From NCBI RefSeq assembly GCF_016432865.1, contig NC_067400.1, positions 632,834,001-632,898,000 of the forward strand: 64,000 bases of DNA, given 5' to 3'. Made by a program: the position numbers and the translations under genes. Each line of letters begins with the position of its first letter. The stretch's first letter is position 1. The DNA comes from Antechinus flavipes. Lineage: Eukaryota. The notes below the pieces were generated by a model. That model was not told the DNA's origin, searched no databases, and saw only the letters and a program-made list of their open reading frames with translations. This document shows, one piece after another, positions 12,133 through 36,529 of the stretch.

Positions 12133-12444
12133 GAAAAACTAGAACCTCGGGAACGAGTGAATTATCGTGGCTGGAAGCCGAGATCCCCAGAACGCAGGAC
12201 GGAGCCCGAGCCCCACAGCTCCTCAAGAACAATGACAAACACAAGAGCTTTTCCCCGGCCTATTAATCAGCCTCGGAAAATAAAAGTGATTTGCTCTTTC
12301 TAGGCAGAGGTGCTGAATTTTGGGGGGTGGGAGTAGACCCCGAGGGATGGAGCCTAGTCCCCTGGGAGGAACTGAAATCAGCAGCCATAGGCAGGGCCAC
12401 CTCCGGGTCAGCAGGGACAGCGCACAACATGCTCTCCAGCCAAG

Positions 12445-12720
12445 AAGCGTTTATGCAGCGCCCACTGTACGCCAGGCACTGGACCCAGCTTGGGGGACAC
12501 CCAAAGCTCTGGCCTGAAGGAGCTCATGATATAAAGGGGGCCCTTAGACGAGGAGCCAAAGTACACGTTCAAACCAGATATAGGGAGGATCATGGGGGAA
12601 AAGCACAGAGCAGAGGCTGGCATTCAAGGGTGTGAGGGGGGGCAGGCTTCCTGGAGGAGGGGGGATTTTAGCTGGGACTTAGAGAGAGGGAGGTGAGTGA
12701 TTAGAGCACAGGAGGGAGAA
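12445..12720 (-). mobile_element. L2 LINE 3' relic
   Basis: GCGTTTATGCAGCGCCCACTGTACGCCAGGCAC...AAGGAGCTCA...GGCTTCCTGGAGGAGG signatures. Confidence 0.55.
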
Positions 12721-12802
12721 CCATGGGGGAGGGTGCAAGACAGATGCACACAGCCAGCAGGTCCAGTTAGTGTGGGCCAGCCTGTGGTGGGCAGCCAGGA
12801 AG

Positions 12803-13075
12803 ACACTGGAAAGTGGGGGCTCAAGCTGGCAGGCCCCTCGGGCCGGAGGAGAGGCTGGAAAGTGGGGGCTCAGGCTGGCGGCCCCCTCGGGCCGGAGGAG
12901 AGGCTGGAAAGTGGGGGCTCAGGCTGGCGGCCCCCTCGGGCCGGAGGAGAGGCTGGAAAGTGGGGGCTCAGGCTGGCGGCCCCCTCGGGCCGGAGGAGAG
13001 GCTGGAAAGTGGGGGCTCAGGCTGGCGGCCCCCTCGGGCCGAAGGAGAGGCTGGAAAGGGGGAGCTCAGGCCGCG
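12803..13075 (+). repeat. 49-bp minisatellite, about 5.5 copies
   Basis: AGGCTGGAAAGTGGGGGCTCAGGCTGGCGGCCCCCTCGGGCCGGAGGAG at 12852, 12901, 12950, 12999. Confidence 0.95.
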
Positions 13076-13229
13076 AAAGCTTGTATTTCAGAGCGGGTGG
13101 CTTTTGCACTGCAGGGGGCCGACCCGAGGCTGGACCAGAGGGGATACCTACAATTAGCATCCCCTTCGAGTCTCCTGACAGCCCCAATTCCATCTGAGAG
13201 GACTGAGGCAAACAGGGTCGCACAGCTCC

Positions 13230-13620
13230 TCGAGCTGCCCGACTCCAGGCCCCGCGCGGGGAGGATGGCGGAGGGACACGTCAAAAGGAAAAATCTATCC
13301 TGGGTGCGAGTGCCGACGAAGGCCCGCCCCTGCGCTGTCACTCATCACCCGGGATCACGCCTCGTACGGCCAATCAGGCCCCTCCCTTAATCTTTTTCTG
13401 CGCAGGCGCATATCATGGGAGCCACCGTGGGCTAACAAACTCTGCGGCGAGGCCCGAGAAGCCCCTCCCCACCCCCTACAAAAGAGCCATCGCGCGCGTG
13501 CGCGCAGGCCGCGCGCTCGTTTCCTAGGGAGCCCACGTGGCCGCGCGCTTCCGCAGCCTGGGCTAGGACCCTGGAGCTGCAGGGCCACTTGAGGGAAGCC
13601 CAGGCAGAACGGCCACGCGC
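13230..13620. promoter_or_regulatory. Orphan CpG-island promoter between the 3' ends of the A1BG-like gene and ACP4
   Basis: CCAAT 13370-13374, NRF1-type TGCGCAGGCGCA 13399-13410, E-box CACGTG 13534-13539, many CGCG runs. Confidence 0.6.
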
Positions 13621-14138
13621 TCCCTGCCCCCCCTCTGGCCTCCCTTTTCCTACCAGGGAAAGGGGGTGGGAGACCCTCTGGGGGGTCAGGGTCTTTCTTG
13701 GAAGGCACTGGGCCGTTGCTGACCTTTCCCAGGACTCAGTTTCCCCAAACGGACACGCGGTTTTCCTGGGCTCAGGAGGGTCCTCAGCCCTGGGGGGCTC
13801 ACTGGAGATTTCTCCTGCCCACAGCTCCTCCCCAGCACCTAGTTGGCCCCTGGCAGGGGGACCGACCGGGGCCACCACTTTGTGTTCTCTGACTGTTGTG
13901 GGCGTGAGGCTGCGTGCAGGGGGGTGGGGCTCAGATTGAGGGGCACCTCCCATCAAGCGCTTCATTAAAGCTCTCATTAGGAGGGCGCACCCCGAGCCCC
14001 CAAAAGGAAGAGCCGAGGGGGTCCCCGAGGCAGGGCCCCCAAACACACACGGACACCCCCTTCCCAGACTTCATCAGGTTTATGCTTGGAGCCGAGGCCG
14101 GCCCGCACGAGCCCTCCAGCCGGGCGTCTCCGCCCCTC

Positions 14139-17889
<3,751 letters not shown>

Positions 17890-18269
17890 GGCCGCCCTTC
17901 TTGGCACCTGAGCACACGGATGGGAATGAGCCGCTCGCCCGCTCCGGCTCCCTCCCACCGCCTGCTGCCCGCCCCACCCAGTCATTACCTCCCCAGCGCC
18001 CCAACCCCTAATCATTGCCCACAGGCTCAAGTCCGGGCGGCTCCCGGAGGCAGGAGGCCGCCCCCAGACTGTCTCTGCAGCCGGCGAGAAACCCGACAGA
18101 CCGACGGACGGACGGATGGACACGCCGGGGGCTGGGCGCAGAGCCGCAGGCAAACATACACACGGACAGATGGACAGGGGCAGGCAGAAAGACACTGATG
18201 GATCTGGAAGGAGAGAAAAACGGATGCAGGGGCACATGGACGGGGACAGATCATCTGCTAACATCCAGA

Positions 18270-20530
18270 TGGACAGACAAATGGCAAGAGAGACAGACAG
18301 AAGGGCAGCCAGATGGACAGACAGATGAATGGGAAGACAGAAAGATGAATGGGCAGACAGATAGAAGGACAAGAGATGAATGGGAAGACAGATAGAAGGA
18401 CAGACAGGTGAATGGGAAGATGGACAGAAAGACAGCAGATGAATGGGAAGATGGACTGAAGGGCAGGCAGGTGAATGGGCAGAGAGACAGAAGGACAGAC
18501 AGATGAATGTGCAGACAGACAGGAGGACAGGCAGATGAATGGGTATACAGACAAAAGGACAGACAGGTGAATGAGCAGACAGACAGAAGGATAAGCAGAT
18601 GGATAGACAGATGAATGGGAAGAGAGAAAGATGAATGGGCAGACAGACAGAAGGACAGGCAGGTGAACGGACAGATAAATGGGCAGACAGACAGAAGGAC
18701 AGGCAGGTGGACAGACAGATGAATGGGAAGACAGAAGGACAGGAGATGAATGGGAAGATGGACTGAAGGGCAGACAGGTGAATGGGAAGAGGGACAGAAG
18801 GACAGACAGATGAATGAGCAGACAGACAGAAGGATAGGCAGATGGACAGACAGATGAATGGGCAGACAGACAAAAGGACAGACAGATGAATGGGCAGACA
18901 GACAGGAGGACAGGCAGATGAATGGGCAGACAGACAGGAGGACAGGCAGATGAATGAGCAGACAGACAGGAGGACAGGCAGGTGAATGGGTAGATAGAAG
19001 GATAGACAGATAAATGGGCAGACAGACAGAAGGACAGGCAGATGGACAGACAGATGAATGGGAAGACAGAAAGATGAATGGGCAGACAGGCAGAAGGACA
19101 GGCAGGTGAATGGGAAGAGGGACAGAAGGACAGGCGATGAATGGGAAGACAGACAGTAAGACAGGCAGATGAATGGGAAGAGGGACAGAAAGACAGAAAG
19201 ATGAATGGGCACACAGATAGAAGGACAAGAGATGAATGGGAAGACAGATAGAAGGACAGACAGGTGAATGGGAAGATGGACAGAAAGACAGCAGATGAAT
19301 GGGAAGATGGACTGAAGGGCAGGCAGGTGAATGGGCAGAGAGACAGAAGGACAGACAGATGAATGTGCAGACAGACAGGAGGACAGGCAGATGAATGGGT
19401 ATACAGACAAAAGGACAGACAGGTGAATGAGCAGACAGACAGAAGGATAAGCAGATGGACAGACAGATGAATAGGAAGAGAGAAAGATGAATGGGCAGAC
19501 AGACAGAAGAACAGGCAGGTGAATGGACAGATAAATGGGCAGACAGAAGGACAGGCAGATGGACAGAAAGATGAATGAGCAGACAGACAGAAGGACAGGA
19601 GATGAATGGGAAGATGGACTGAAGGGCAGACAGGTGAATGGGAAGAGGGACAGAAGGACAGACAGATGAATGAGCAGACAGACAGAAGGATAGGCAGATG
19701 GACAGACAGATGAATGGGCAGACAGAAAGAAGGACAGACAGATGAATGGGCAGACAGACAGGAGGACAGGCAGATGAATGAGCAGACAGACAGGAGGACA
19801 GGCAGGTGAATGGGTAGATAGAAGGATAGACAGATAAATGGGCAGACAGACAGAAGGACAGGCAGATGAATGGGAAGACAGAAAGATGAATGGGCAGATA
19901 GACAGAAGGACAGGAGATGAATGGGAAGACAGATAGAAGGACAGACAGATGAATGGGAAGAGGGACTGAAGAGCAGGAGATGAATGGGAAGAGGGACAGA
20001 TGGACAGAAAGATGAAGGGGCAGACAGACAGAAGGACAGGCAGATGGACAGACAGATGAATGGGAAGAGGGACAGAAGGACAAGAGATGAATGGGAAGAC
20101 GGACAGAAGGGCAGGCAGGTGAATGGGCAGACAGACAGGAGGACAGGCAGATGAATGAACAGATAGACAGGAGGACAGGCAGATGAATGAGCAGACAGAC
20201 AGGAGGACAGGCAGGTGAATGGGTAGATAGAAGGATAGACAGATAAATGGGCAGACAGAAGGACAGGCAGATGGACAGACAGATGAATGGGAAGACAGAA
20301 AGATGAATGGGCAGACAGACAGAAGGACAGGAGATGAATGGGAAGAGGGACAGAAGGGCAGGCAGGTGAATGGGAAGAGGGACTGAAGGGCAGGAGATGA
20401 ATGGGAAGAGGGACAGATGGACAGACAGATGAATGGGAAGACGGACAGAAGGGCAGGCAGGTGAATGGGAAGACAGACAGGACAGACAGATGAATGAGCA
20501 GACAGACAGGAGGACAGACAGATGAATGGG
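18270..20530 (+). repeat. 2.3-kb purine-rich compound satellite (GACAGACAGATGAATGGG-type) between ACP4 and NR1H2
   Basis: Continuous GATGAATGGG / GACAGACAG / GAAGGACAG motifs with longer internal duplications. Confidence 0.95.
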
Positions 20531-20779
20531 AACACGGCGTTCTGGGGGCACGTGCGGTTCCCGGTCCCTGCAGCCAGCGGACCCCCTGGGGCAGGAACAT
20601 GACAAACTTAGGTGAAGGAATGAATGACGTGTGTGGAGACCACGGGGCGGCCACTTCAGAACCCGGCCCCCCAAGGGGTGCCCTGGGGTCAGCCCCGCTG
20701 AGTGGCCCCCCTGGGCTGAGGCCCTCCGGCTCAGATCCCGACACCGCGCTGTTTTTAGCCCCTCCCCCCGCCCCAATCA

Positions 20780-21270
20780 GCGCACGGATTCCCACGTGGC
20801 CGGCAGCGCTGGCACGCTTGCGCACGGGGAGGGCCGGGGCCCAGACTCTGTCTCCCGCAGGCCGGTTTGGGAACTGTGGCGAGCCGGGTCTCCCACTGAC
20901 TCGGACGAGCGCCCACGAGGGATCTTCCGGGACGGTCAGGACCTTCTTCCGGGACGGTCAGGACCTTCTTCCGGGACGGTCAGGAGGAGGGGGGAAAATC
21001 ACTCAGACTCCGCCCCGGCTGCTGGAGCCGCGTATCACGTGCACTCCGCCCCAGCCGGGCCGGAAGTGACGCAGACCTGGGGTTGCCGGAAGAAGTGGCG
21101 AAGTTACTTTTCGCGGGGCGAGCTTTGGGGGGCGGCTCGGAGGCGGCGGGCGCGGGCAGGAGGCAGAGGACAGAGGGAGCGAGGGAGACGGGCGACCTTT
21201 CCAGGGCAGCCGCGAAGAAGAACTTCCCTACCCGGCACCGGAGCCGTGGCGTGCGCAGCCATGAACCGGG
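20780..21270 (+). promoter_or_regulatory. NR1H2 CpG-island promoter and non-coding exon 1
   Basis: CCGGAAGTGACGC (ETS/GABP plus CRE half-site) at 21060-21072, further CCGGAAG sites, donor CCGG|GTAAGG at 21269. Confidence 0.75.
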
Positions 21271-21816
21271 TAAGGGGGGAGGGGCACGAAGGGGGGAGGG
21301 TCCAGGAGGAGTCAGTGCGGGGGGTGGCGGGGCCGGGACCCCAGCTGGGGGGGCAGGAAAGGGGAGTTGGAGCAGAGGGCGGGGTGGGGTCAGGGGGAGG
21401 GGCAGAACTGGGATCCGGAGAGGTGGGCGGGGGGTTCTTGGCTACAGGAGAGCAAATTCGAGGAAGTCTGGGCTTCCAAGGGGGGAAGGGGAAGGGAGAG
21501 GGGAGGGGGTGTAAAGGAGTGCAGCGGGGGCGGGGAGGGGGGGTTCAGGACTGGAGAAAGACCTGGGCGGGGCTGGGATCCATAAGGGTGGGGGTCCAAG
21601 CTGCTGAAGGGCCAGTTCAGGAGGGCGGGGCCCCGTGGAAGCTCCTGGATCAGGGGGAGGGTCAGAGGAAGGGGCAGATTTGGGATCAGGAAGGGGGCGG
21701 GTGCAGGCTGCAGGAGGGGCCAGGTCAGTGATCCGAGGTCCCCGTGGGGGATCAAGCCCTCTTTTTCCCCTCTGGGGCTCCCCCTCTTCCTCAAGGCTGG
21801 CCTGCGGTGACCCAGC

Positions 21817-24317
21817 ATGGCTTCCCCCGGGATCCTTGGCACCCCCGTGGCCCCAGCCCCTGCCCATGGTGAGTGCTGTTCTCTGCCCCCAAGCCAGGCC
21901 CCGGTCCCTAGGGGTGACTGAGGGGGCGCCCTTCAACGTGGGAAGTGATTGTCAGCCCAGAGTCACCCGGAGTGTCAAAAGCAGGATTTGAACTCGGCTC
22001 TGGGGTGCTGGAGCCCCTCCTCCTGTGCCCCCTAGAGGAGCGGAGGGCCGCAGTTCTCGGCCTGCCCCCACCCTCCCTAGGCTGCGTCAGGGCTGGGGGG
22101 CGAGTCCCTGGGGGCGGGGCGGCAGCCCCCCCAGCCTCTCCCTCTCCCCAGGTGAAGATGACGGGGCCTCAAAGTGTATAAAGGAAGAGGGACCCGAGCC
22201 GGGGATGACGGGGACCGCGCCGCCCAGCACCGAGCCCGACGGCCCCATCCCCGCCGCGGCGGCCGGCGAGGGCTCCGCCTGCGGCCTGGGTAGGATCCGG
22301 GACCCCCGTCCGCGCAGCCGCCCCGGGCCCGTGGGCCCCTCCCCCCAGCCCGGGCCCCGGCTCCCGCCTCGGCGCTCACCCCCACCCCTCCCTGCCCCCA
22401 CAGTGGAGGAGCCGGAGCCCGAGCGGAAGCGCAAGAAGGGCCCGGCGCCCAAGATGCTGGGCCACGAGCTGTGCCGCGTGTGCGGGGACAAGGCCTCGGG
22501 CTTCCACTACAACGTGCTCAGCTGCGAGGGCTGCAAAGGCTTCTTCCGGCGCAGCGTGGTGCGGGGCGGGGCCCGGCGCTACACCTGCCGCGGGGGCGGC
22601 GCCTGCCACATGAACGCCTTCATGCGCCGCAAGTGCCAGGAGTGCCGCCTGCGCAAGTGCCGCGAGGCCGGCATGCGGGAGCAGTGTGAGTGGGGGGCCG
22701 GGGGCCGGGGCCGGGCGCGGGCCGGGGCAAGTGCTCAGGCCCCGGCCTCTTCTCCCAGGCGTGCTGTCGGAGGAGCAGATCCGCAAGAAGAAGATCCAGA
22801 AGCATCAGCCCCCGGGCTCGGGGCCCGGCTCCGCGGCCGCCCCCGGCGCTCCCACCCCCGGGCCCGCGGGCTCCCCGGCCGCCTCCTCGGAGGCCCCCGC
22901 CGACGGCGGCAGCATCCAGCTGACGCCCGACCAGAAGCTCATGATCCAGCAGCTGGTGTCGGCCCAGCTGCAGTGTAACAAGCGCTCCTTCTCCGACCAG
23001 CCCAAGGTCACGGTAATGACCGCGCTGCCGTCCTGGGGGCGGGGCCAGGCCGGGGGCGGGGCCAGGCCCGGTCCGGCCCGCCTCACCACGCCTCTCCCCG
23101 CCAGCCCTGGCCCCTGGGGGCCGACCCCCAGTCGCGGGACGCCCGGCAGCAGCGCTTCGCCCACTTTACGGAGCTGGCCATCATCTCGGTGCAGGAGATC
23201 GTGGACTTCGCCAAGCAGGTGCCCGGCTTCCTGCAGCTGGGCCGCGAGGACCAGATCGCTCTGCTCAAGGCCTCTACCATTGAGGTTCGGCCAGGGCGCG
23301 GGCTCCTGACGGGGAGGGGGCGCTGGGGCTGCCGGAGGGCAGGCCCCCGAGGCTGCACTGCCGATGCCCCTGCTCTCCCCCCAGATCATGTTGCTGGAGA
23401 CGGCGCGGCGCTACAACCACGAGACGGAGTGCATCACCTTCCTGAAGGATTTCACCTACAGCAAAGATGACTTCCACAGAGCCGGTGCGGGGGGGCTGGG
23501 GGGAGGGGAGAGCCATGGGTAAAGGGCGGGCCTCTGGCGAGTGCCCACTGTGTGCCAACCCCCATGAATGCCTACTGTGTGCAGTCCCCAGCAAGCGCCC
23601 TCTGTGCGCTGTCCCTGACGCGCCTTCCCCAGTGAATGCCTGCTGTGCGCCGTCCCCATTGAGCGCCCACTGTGTGCCAACCCCCATGAATGCCTACTGT
23701 GCGCAGTCCCCAGCAAGCGCCCTCTGTGCGCTGTCCCTGACGCGCCTTCCCCAGTGAGCACCCACTGTGCGCCATCCCTGGCAAGTCATCCCCAGCGAGT
23801 GCCTGGAAGGCTCCCGGGGGCTGCGCCCCCCCAGAATGGAGCCGGCCAGCAGGCCTGCCCTCTGCCCCTCCCCCAGGCCTGCAGGTCGAGTTCATCAACC
23901 CCATCTTCGAGTTCTCCAGGGCCATGCGGCGGCTGGGCCTGGACGACGCCGAGTACGCGCTGCTCATCGCCATCAACATCTTCTCCGCCGACCGGCCCAA
24001 CGTGCAGGAGCCGGGCCGGGTGGAGGCCCTCCAGCAGCCCTACGTGGAGGCTCTGCTCTCCTACACCCGCATCAAGATGCCGCAGGTAGCGAGCTGCGCG
24101 GCGCCCCCACCCCCCGGCCCGGGCCGCGGAGGCCGGCCGCTAACGGCGCCTCCCTGCCCCTGTCCCCCAGGACCAGCTCCGGTTCCCGCGGATGCTGATG
24201 AAGCTGGTGAGCCTGCGGACGCTGAGCTCCGTGCACTCGGAGCAGGTGTTCGCCCTGCGCCTCCAAGACAAGAAGCTCCCCCCGCTGCTGTCGGAGATCT
24301 GGGACGTCCACGAGTGA
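21817..24317 (+). CDS. NR1H2: Oxysterol receptor LXR-beta, 453 aa
   Basis: Exons 21817-21868, 22152-22289, 22404-22685, 22759-23012, 23105-23284, 23385-23484, 23877-24085, 24171-24317 (1362 nt). C4 zinc fingers [28 protein letters not shown] ending [10 protein letters not shown]. Non-coding exon 1 donor at 21269. AATAAA at 24685 and 24709. Confidence 0.98.
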
Positions 24318-24847
24318 CCCGGAAGCGGCTCCCCCCGGGCCGGCCCCGGCGCTGCCCCTGCCCCTCCGCCCGGCCCGGCTCCACCGGCTCTCACGGGCTC
24401 CGGCCCCAAGGCCCACGGCGAGCTCCAAGGAGGGGCCTCGGTCACCGGGTGTTCCGAGGCCCTACTCCTGACATTGTCTTCCTGGGGAGGGGTGGGCGGG
24501 TCGTTAACCCTTGACCGTTGACCCCCGGCACTTACCTTTCCTGCCCTCCCCTGCTTACACAGCGCAATGCACCTTGAAGGGAAGGGGGTGACCCGACTCT
24601 GCCTGGGGTCCAGGGGGGCCCAGCCCTCGGGTCCTGTGGCCCCGAGGGAGATGAGAAGGCCCTTCCCCTCCACTCCTTTTATTTAATAAACAAACAAAGC
24701 AAAATCTTAATAAAAACCTCAAAGCCAGCGAAGCGAGTTCTGGTCAGTGCGTTCTGCCTCCCGGGCTGGGTAGAGCAGAGTGGGCCCGGGGAGGAAAGGA
24801 GCAGGACCAGCCCGCGGGCCTCTGTGTCTTTGGAACAGGCTCCATGA

Positions 24848-25505
24848 TGGGGAGGGAGGTCAGTGGCCCCCCAGGGAGCCTCAGGGGTGGGGAGGGAGGT
24901 CGCTGGCCCCCCGGGGAGCCTCAGGGGTGGGGAGGGAGGTCACTGGCCCCCCAGGGAGCCTCAGGGGTGGGGAGGGAGGTCAGTGGCCCCCAGGGAGCCT
25001 CAGGGGTGGGGAGGGAGGTCGCTGGTCTCCCGGGAGCCTCAGGGGTGGGGAGGGAGGTCGCTGGTCTCCCGGGAGTCTCAGGGGTGGGGAGGTCGCTGGT
25101 CTCCCGGGAGTCTCAGGGGTGGGGAGGGAGGTCGCTGGTCTCCCGGGAGTCTCAGGGGTGGGGAGGGAGGTCGCTGGTCTCCCGGAGTCTCAGGGGTGGG
25201 GAGGGAGGTCAGTGGCCCCCCGGGGAGCCTCAGGGGTGGGGAGGGAGGTCGCTGGCCCCCCGGGGAGCCTCAGGGGTGGGGAGGGAGGTCAGTGGCCCCC
25301 CAGGGAGCCTCAGGGATGGGGAGGGAGGTCAGTGGCCCCCAGGGAGCCTCAGGGATGGGGAGGGAGGTCAGTGGCCCCCCGGGGAGCCTCAGGGGTGGGG
25401 AGGGAGGTCGCTGGCCCCCCGGGGAGCCTCAGGGATGGGGAGGGAGGTCGCTGGTCTCCCGGGAGCCTCAGGGGTGGGGAGGGAGGTCTCTGGCCCCCCA
25501 GGGAG
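24848..25505 (+). repeat. About 38-40 bp G-rich minisatellite between NR1H2 and POLD1
   Basis: GGGAGCCTCAGGGGTGGGGAGGGAGGTCGCTGGCCCCCC units at 24874, 24914 and onward. Confidence 0.95.
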
Positions 25506-25589
25506 CCTGGTACACATACTGGGATTTCTGGGGTAACTGCTGTGTTTCTGAGGTTCCCTGAGGGCTCTTTCACCTGCTACTCTGGCAGT

Positions 25590-25930
25590 TTCCAGCATTG
25601 AGTAGGTGCTTACTGTATGCCCAGACACAGGGTACAGTGGAAGGCCAAAGCAGCCGGTGTTGGGCAGCTCATGAGAGAATATGTGATCAGTCCACAAAGG
25701 GATCTTAAGCACCTACTGTGTGCCAGACGCTGTGCTGAGCCCTGGGACAGAGGGCCAGATGGTTCGGCCTGAGGCTGTCTCTCCAGTTTGGAGCCGGGGA
25801 CAGAGGGAGGGGGCATTTAGGGTTAGGGCACAGGTGGTGGCCAAAGGCCTGTGAAAGGATTCCTTCCTTGGGGTGCACTAGGGTGATGCCCATTTTACAG
25901 AGGGGGCCACTGAGGCAAGCAGCCGACAGC
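25590..25930 (-). mobile_element. L2 3'-end and MIR fragments
   Basis: TTAAGCACCTACTGTGTGCCAGACGCTGTGCTGAG and CCCATTTTACAGAGGGGGCCACTGAGGC. Confidence 0.55.
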
Positions 25931-26009
25931 CTGGGGCCCCGGACGGGCCTTCTCTGCCTCAGGAACTGGGCTGGCTTTCCCAAGGCGGGACACTCCTTGG
26001 GCTCGGCAG

Positions 26010-26330
26010 CTCTACCCCAGAAACGGGGGCGGGGTTAGAGGCCCGAGGCGGGGTTAGAGACCCGAGGGCGTTACTGCGCCTCGGAGAAGGCTGGCTTTAG
26101 CTTCCGCCACGCTCAACATGGCGACCCGCGCGCTCCGTCTCCGACCCCCCCTTCTAGCAGAGCGACTGCGCCGGCGCGATGACGGGGCGGCCAATCAGGC
26201 CCCAGCCACGCTCACTATGGCCGCGCTCAGCGCTCTGCGCGCGCAGGGGTCAGAAGACTACAAGCGCCGGTGGCGGGAAACGCGAGCCCGGGAGAGAGGA
26301 GCCTAGGCTGCTCAGAGAGTGTGAGAGTGA
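26010..26330 (+). promoter_or_regulatory. POLD1 CpG-island promoter and non-coding exon 1
   Basis: GC boxes, YY1-like CAACATGGCG near 26114, CCAAT near 26190, E2F site TGGCGGGAAA at 26271-26280, donor at 26326, acceptor at 26494 one base before the ATG. Confidence 0.75.
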
Positions 26331-26495
26331 GTTGGGGCTGGGGGAGGAGGCGGGGGGAGGCCCGGGGGGGGGGGGGGGAGCCTTGGGCACAGGGTGAGAC
26401 CTGGAGGAATGGGACGGAACGGGAACGTTGGGGATGGACCCTGGGGGCCACTAGGGAAGGGGCCAGCCTGAGCCAGGCCCTTCCCGCCCCCCAGC

Positions 26496-35410
<8,915 letters not shown>

Positions 35411-36379
35411 CGGGCCCACTGTCAATAAAGCCTTCTCGCAGACCCCCTGTGTGCTTCTTTGGGGGGGAGGGAGGCCCCGCTGCCCACCCACGGGCGCAGG
35501 AGTGAGCCCCCGTCAGAGAGAACCGGGATGGGGCAGCCGGGGTATGGGCCGAGGCGCGGAGCGGCCCACTGGGGGCAGATGGCGGAGAAATCCCCTGGGG
35601 TACGGGCTCCTCGGGGGGCCCTGGAAGTGCTGTGACCCCCCAGCCGTGGGTGAGGGTCCCAGGAACCGCGCTCCACACGCCCCTGGCATTGGGACTGGAG
35701 TGTGGGCCATCAAGGGGGGGCCTTTTGTCCGCATCCCCACCCCCCACCCGTCCCTGGAGCAGCCTTGCTGCCTTCCTCCTGTGCTGAGACCTGGGAGAAG
35801 CTCCAGGGTCACAGAGCCCCCCTGCAGGTGGAAAGGCCGGAAGTGGCTCCCCTGGGCACGCCCATTTTACAGATGGGGAAACCGAGGCAGACAAGTTCTG
35901 CGCCACCTGCAGTGTGCCCGCCTTCCTGGCTAGCTAAGGGGCGGGGGGCCGGCCTCCGGCCCCTCTCCCCGGGCTAATGATGCCCTGACCAAGGGAAGCC
36001 CTTGGGGAGCTGGGAAGAGTCCGGTTAGGGGGTGGGGGTGCTCCCTGTGGCGGGAATCACAATCAGCAGGACCCAGGGGTCGTGTGGTCCTGGGCAAGTC
36101 TCTCACCTGGAAAGGGAGTGGGGCGGGGGTGGGGCTCCGAGTCAGGGGCGGGGCGCCCATCGGTCCGGAGCTGGGGACCTGCCCCGTTCCCCCTCCCTCC
36201 CCCCCCCCCCCCCCGCTCGCGCCCCAGTACTCCCCCCGCGCTCCCGAGGACGTCCGCGATTGAGACCCCCCAAAACAGCCGCGCGTCTCCGTGCATCGTA
36301 TGGCGGCTCCTCCCCCCGGGACCCCGAATTTTGCCTCAAGAGCCCCTGGGGGCCGCGAGCCCGCGCTGCCCTCCCAGCC

Positions 36380-36480
36380 CCCGTCACGTGACCCATTGAG
36401 CAATCCCCCATCGGCAGCCTCCCCCCGGAGGGGATTTTCGGTGAGGTCACCGGGCCCCGCCCCTCCCGTCTATAAGGTGA
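36380..36480 (+). promoter_or_regulatory. SPIB proximal promoter
   Basis: E-box TCACGTGAC near 36384, NF-kB-like GGGATTTTC near 36431, TATA-like TATAAG at 36471, about 60 bp before the ATG. Confidence 0.5.
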
Positions 36481-36529
36481 TGGGCAATGCCAGCCCAGAG
36501 CCAGTGCCAACCCCGAAGCCTGCCCCACC

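Noticed and set aside
23545-23760. About 120-bp internal duplication in NR1H2 intron 6
   Set aside because: A degenerate duplicated L2-like fragment with no splice signals or coding potential.
26118-26306. 62-aa ORF starting at AACATGGCG upstream of POLD1
   Set aside because: The ATG is part of a YY1-like promoter motif upstream of the probable TSS, and the peptide has no recognisable features.
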